From contig JAUCBJ010004350.1 in the NCBI GenBank assembly GCA_032718475.1, positions 62,001 to 126,000 of the forward strand: a stretch of 64,000 bases of DNA, in the 5' to 3' direction. A program made the translations under genes and the position numbers. Of the stretch, positions 59,716-64,000 are shown piece by piece. Below the pieces are notes generated by a model. That model made no database searches. It had not been told where the DNA came from and saw nothing but the letters and a program-made list of their open reading frames with translations. Origin of the DNA: Nemertoderma westbladi. Lineage: Eukaryota > Animalia > Xenacoelomorpha. Position 1 is the stretch's first letter. Each line of letters starts with the position of its first letter.

Positions 59716-61227
59716 ATGGAGAAGGGGATACATGGAGAGCCGAGATGGGGATATGATATCCAAGAGGAAGCAGCAGCGCCATTCGAAAGATTTGGAGCCA
59801 AAGACTACACTATATTTGGTATAAAGGATTTATCAGAAAGTACAGCGAGACTCGCGAGAACTAAATATGACTCGAATGTATTAAAGAGAAGGCAAAACGC
59901 ATTAAATGAGAGAATCGAAAGTTTGCGCAAAACCTTCAATGAACTTTACCCGTACGACGCTTTGTGTGATACGGGAGACATTAGCGAAGACCCCGATACC
60001 GAAATTAGTCGTTTGTATCATACTATGCAATACCTGAAGGCACACGAACCTATGCCCGCGGTACGTGATGAATTCGATGGAATGCATCTTTACAGATGAA
60101 CTCGAGGGGACGATAGAGAAACAAAGGAAGCATTTTCAGTTTATAAACTTTATTATCAATGCGGTTCTTGTATGCGCGAACAACGAAATGCGATTCCGAT
60201 GCGTTTGAATAAGGAAAATCCCGAACCGATATTGGCGAGGTGTTCGAACCATCAACAACTACGCTACCAGGAAGGAGGGTATCCTTTATCAAATCCATAT
60301 CATTCGTTTGCTATGACTGGACCAAAGGCGGGAGAAACTGTCGTTTACCCACCTAAAGTTGTTGAACCCGATGCATTTGAACTTACGCTGGACGAGGCGA
60401 ATCAGTCAACCCGCAAAAGAAAGAAGCTCTTAGCCTATACAGAGCCTACAAGGCTTTCGAGAAAGGTGAGATGGAAGAATGGGGCGGAAGACTCGCGAGC
60501 CTACCTTACCATTGGACGTCACACGATCAAACTTCAGCTAAGGAGATGACACCGGAAATTTTCGAAAGTATAAACTTTGCCCAAAATGTTCAATCGTATC
60601 ACATATGGTGAATTTGACCGTTTTCGAACAGAAAAGCGAAATAAAGGAGCTTAGTTAACCGTCGCATGGGTGTACCGAGCCGCGTTCTATCATAGGCGTA
60701 TACGAGCGAGCGTATTCGAGGAAGAGGAGATCCTAGAGGCGACCGACATACCAGCCACTCCGGTTGCACCGTCTGCACGTCACCCTCGGGAGGACGGACA
60801 GGGTAGGATCATAAGGGTCCAGAAAGTGAGCCAACAATTAAAGAAGTCTATTAATATAGAAGAACGCAAGGGAGTTGAGCCGACCATTCGAATTACTCGG
60901 GATACGGTATCGCTTCCTAGAGAATCAACAGGAGGATCGGGACATACACCAGCTGATCAAAAGGGGGCGCAAGCTACTCTTGGGTCTGCGTCGTCCGCTT
61001 CCCGCGCGTTCCCAGACGTTTTACCAACTGTAGTGACAACTGATCGGTCACGAGGAATCGGTCGAGGTTTTGGGATGCCAAATAGACGAATTTGTGAGGA
61101 AATGGTCGCACCGTCTCTCAACGTCCAAACGAAACCAGTGACTCGCCCCACGAGTCCCATATCGCGAGCAAAGTCACCTGTGCGCAGTTTTCGAGGACGC
61201 GGCAGGGCTCGATCAACTAAGCGATAA
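59716..61227 (+). CDS. Unassigned ORFs 3' of pol (59716-60099, 60172-60549, 60670-61227)
   Basis: Coding-like composition between AT-rich spacers; no recognised domain. Confidence 0.4.
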
Positions 61228-62022
61228 AAGGGAGGGCAAGGGTGGACGGAAGACTCGTGAGCCTTTCTTGTGAATTTGTGATTTATTTGAATTATATGTT
61301 TTATATTTAATTAGTAAGTTTTGTATTCTGGAAGAACTCATATTTAGTAAGATTTATATTTAGAAGGAAGTTATATTTTGCAAGATTTATATTTTATATT
61401 TGTGATTATTCCGAACTTATGCAATTTATATTGTTCCGAATACTATGCAATTTATATCTTATAAGCAGTATTTGTATTTACAGTGAAATAGAAAGTAAGA
61501 GTAGATGGAAGACTCGTGGGCCTTTCTTATAGTTTCATTTGTAAAGTGTTATATTTTGTATTTAGAAGGTTTTATAGTTAGAAAGTTTTGTACTTAGAAA
61601 GACTCATATTTGTAATTATTCCGAACTTATGCAATCTACATTTAGGCACGAAAGTATTTGTAATTATTTGAATTTATGCAATATTTGAGATGCAATAGTA
61701 GATGGAAGACTCGCGAGCCTTTCTTATGATTTTCATTTATTTGTATTTGTAATTGTTTGAATTTATGCAATATTGAGATGCAATAGATTTATATTGGTGA
61801 ATTTAATTTAGATTTATATTGTACTTACTTAGTAAAGCCTTAAATATGTAAAGTTTGAATTTGTAATTATTTTGTATCGAATCATTATGTAGAAAGGAAG
61901 TATTATTGCTTGAAATTTAATTTGTAAATATGTAAGTACGCCCTAAGTATTCTATAATTTGATTGATTATTGGTGAAAACCGTATATTTTATGCACAATA
62001 ATATCCTGTTTTCATGGAGCGG

Positions 62023-63932
62023 TATAGAATTATATTCCCTAAATGCCGTGGATTTTCAAAATTTTATTTTATTCGAATTAACTTTGCTAAAAGATTACAT
62101 TGAGTCCTCATTTGTATTTGCTATTCCTATTTGAACGATGATTAGTCAAGTGGTTCAGTAGCTCAGTCGGTAGAGCGTTGGAAATTATATGTAGTGTGTA
62201 TTGAGTTCGAATCCTAGTAGGTGCGAATTATTTTTTGTGCAGAATTTCAACTCATTTAAATTGACCGCTACAAATTAATTGCATTTGCTCGAAGTAAGAT
62301 TAACCAATGAGACTGTAGTTATTAGATTGTAACCAATGTCATACAAGTTATATATTTGCTGGACCAATAGCTATCTTTAAAAACCTGTTAGAACCTATAG
62401 AACAATCGAGAATTTTCTCGATTGATTGCAGCACAAATTTGCTATATAAAGGTGCGATTTGTTCATTAGTTATCTTACACAATATATCTATCGTATCTAT
62501 CTTTCATTCTTTCTCAGTTACATTATTTCAGATTACATTGTTTATTGTATAATAGTTATTGTTTGATTTTGTAATAAAAGTTAGAAATACTTGTCACATC
62601 TGCCCTTTTCTATCTGTTTTATCATGCTTCACCACGGTGAACTCAACTGAGGGACAGGATGGCTGGCTAGACATCGGGCCGCAGCAATGAACGGGAACAT
62701 CTAGGGAATGTAGACAGGAGACAACCCGCAATATCATCTTAGTTATTCGCCCATCGCCTGAAAGGTTAGACAGCGTTCGATGCCTTGCTACCTAAGTGTA
62801 AGACCAAAGATCAAAGGTAGAGGTAGTGACACGCTGTACGCCTAAAAATTACATCTAGGGATTGTACTGTTTTAATTCAGGAAAAAACCGCAGTAGACCT
62901 TCATATTCCTACGGGGGGAGAGCAGGCAGAGATACTAGTACGCAGATAGGACGTAGGCACACCGGTACAAAGCATACACATTGGTAGGGTGCAGCAAACT
63001 GTACGCCTAACTCTTGCTAAGTACAGGTGCGTCTGCGACTATTTGTAGTACAACGGTGTCCATTGCATTAGAACTTGTAGGCTAGGAGGGTTACTGTGTT
63101 TCACCTGAATTAGGATTGTACCGTTCAGGCGGTAGGGCAGTTTACGACTAGGCGCAAATAAATTGAGGCTAATTAGGGATACTAACATCTACCGTGTCCC
63201 CGCCGACATCCTGATAGGAAGTTACCAAGCCCACCTAGGTAACCAAAATTCTAGATAGGACGCCAGGCTAGCTATTAGTAACCGTACGCCTACTGTAGTA
63301 AACTAACACATTTCTTCTTAGTATTAGGGACCTGGTAAATTAAAATTGCCGAATTCTGGGCGTAGCATTAACCTTATGCCTGAATTTGAGTCCTGGAAAT
63401 ACGCAAGAGGGGAAGGAACCTTATTATTCGTGAGTATTGGACCTACAAGTTACAAAATTAGAATATTTGTAAAATGCACACCATACCCAGTAATTATATA
63501 TATGAAGGAGCAAAACTGATCTTGACGGTTCAGAATTAACACGCGCGCGTTAGAAATTATTTACACCTCAAAATATATAAAATTAACTTTTGTCCGTACT
63601 GCACTTTGCCCGCTAGTTAGACATCTCCAAATCTCTGCACCTAGCTAGCGTCTCTTTCGCCCAACCATATAAATCACACCGCGGCAAAGTATACGAGCCC
63701 CTTAGTCCGTCAGTGAGTCAGCCTGATTTTAGGATTCGCTGCGCGGGATTTTGTTTTATCGAAGTTTGTCCGTTCGTAGACTGTTTTCTGCCTCACCAGT
63801 TATAAGGGACCAATACTGCAATATATTCGCTTACTTGGAGTTTACTGTTTTGGTGAGAAGGTCGGATTTATGATTTGATTCACAAACTTTACAGTAAGAT
63901 ATTGCAGGTATTGTTACTGTCTCTTCGAATTA
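62023..63932 (+). repeat. 3' LTR
   Basis: About 7 substitutions and 2 small indels versus the 5' LTR by eye; preceded by short purine-rich GGAGCGG. Confidence 0.95.
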
Positions 63933-64000
63933 GTGGTGTATCAACAACCAGAGAGAATAATGTGTTCTATCTTGTAAAAGTGGTCGCTCTCCACTACTGT
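63933..64000. repeat. Continuation of the 66-bp array
   Basis: Same unit as 46441-47459. Confidence 0.9.

Larger units (their letters stand above)
47460..63932 (+). mobile_element. Full-length BEL/Pao LTR retrotransposon
   Basis: Two LTRs of about 1.9 kb, 5-bp TSD GTGGT (47455-47459, 63933-63937), gag-PR-RT-RH-IN order with Pao-type motifs. Confidence 0.95.

Overview
AT-rich, intron-containing animal (invertebrate-like) DNA dominated by nested transposons and tandem arrays. Host genes: the six 3' coding exons of EEA1 (30709-43060, +), a two-exon MOLO-1/TPM-type membrane protein (12028-17341, +) and two probable URB1/Npa1-like 5' exons (9319-9793, -). Mobile DNA: a foldback > hAT MITE > Sola2 (intact spliced transposase) > MULE-type MITE nest (1-8 kb); an Academ element carrying Merlin-type insertions; a CRE-clade RLE retrotransposon; a young 16.5-kb BEL/Pao element and a related solo LTR; SINE and LINE remnants. 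Most striking observations: (1) a 389-bp TSD-flanked inverted element in an EEA1 intron, each arm a tRNA-like Pol III cassette with a minimal type I hammerhead ribozyme in place of the anticodon arm; (2) EEA1 introns built from dozens of tandem copies of their own splice junctions; (3) a BEL element with TA..TA ends, no TGG primer-binding site but an 11-nt complement inside its own LTR, a Pol III cassette in U3, and a hairpin motif repeated 12 times across three reading frames. All calls come from reading the sequence by eye; no searches were run.
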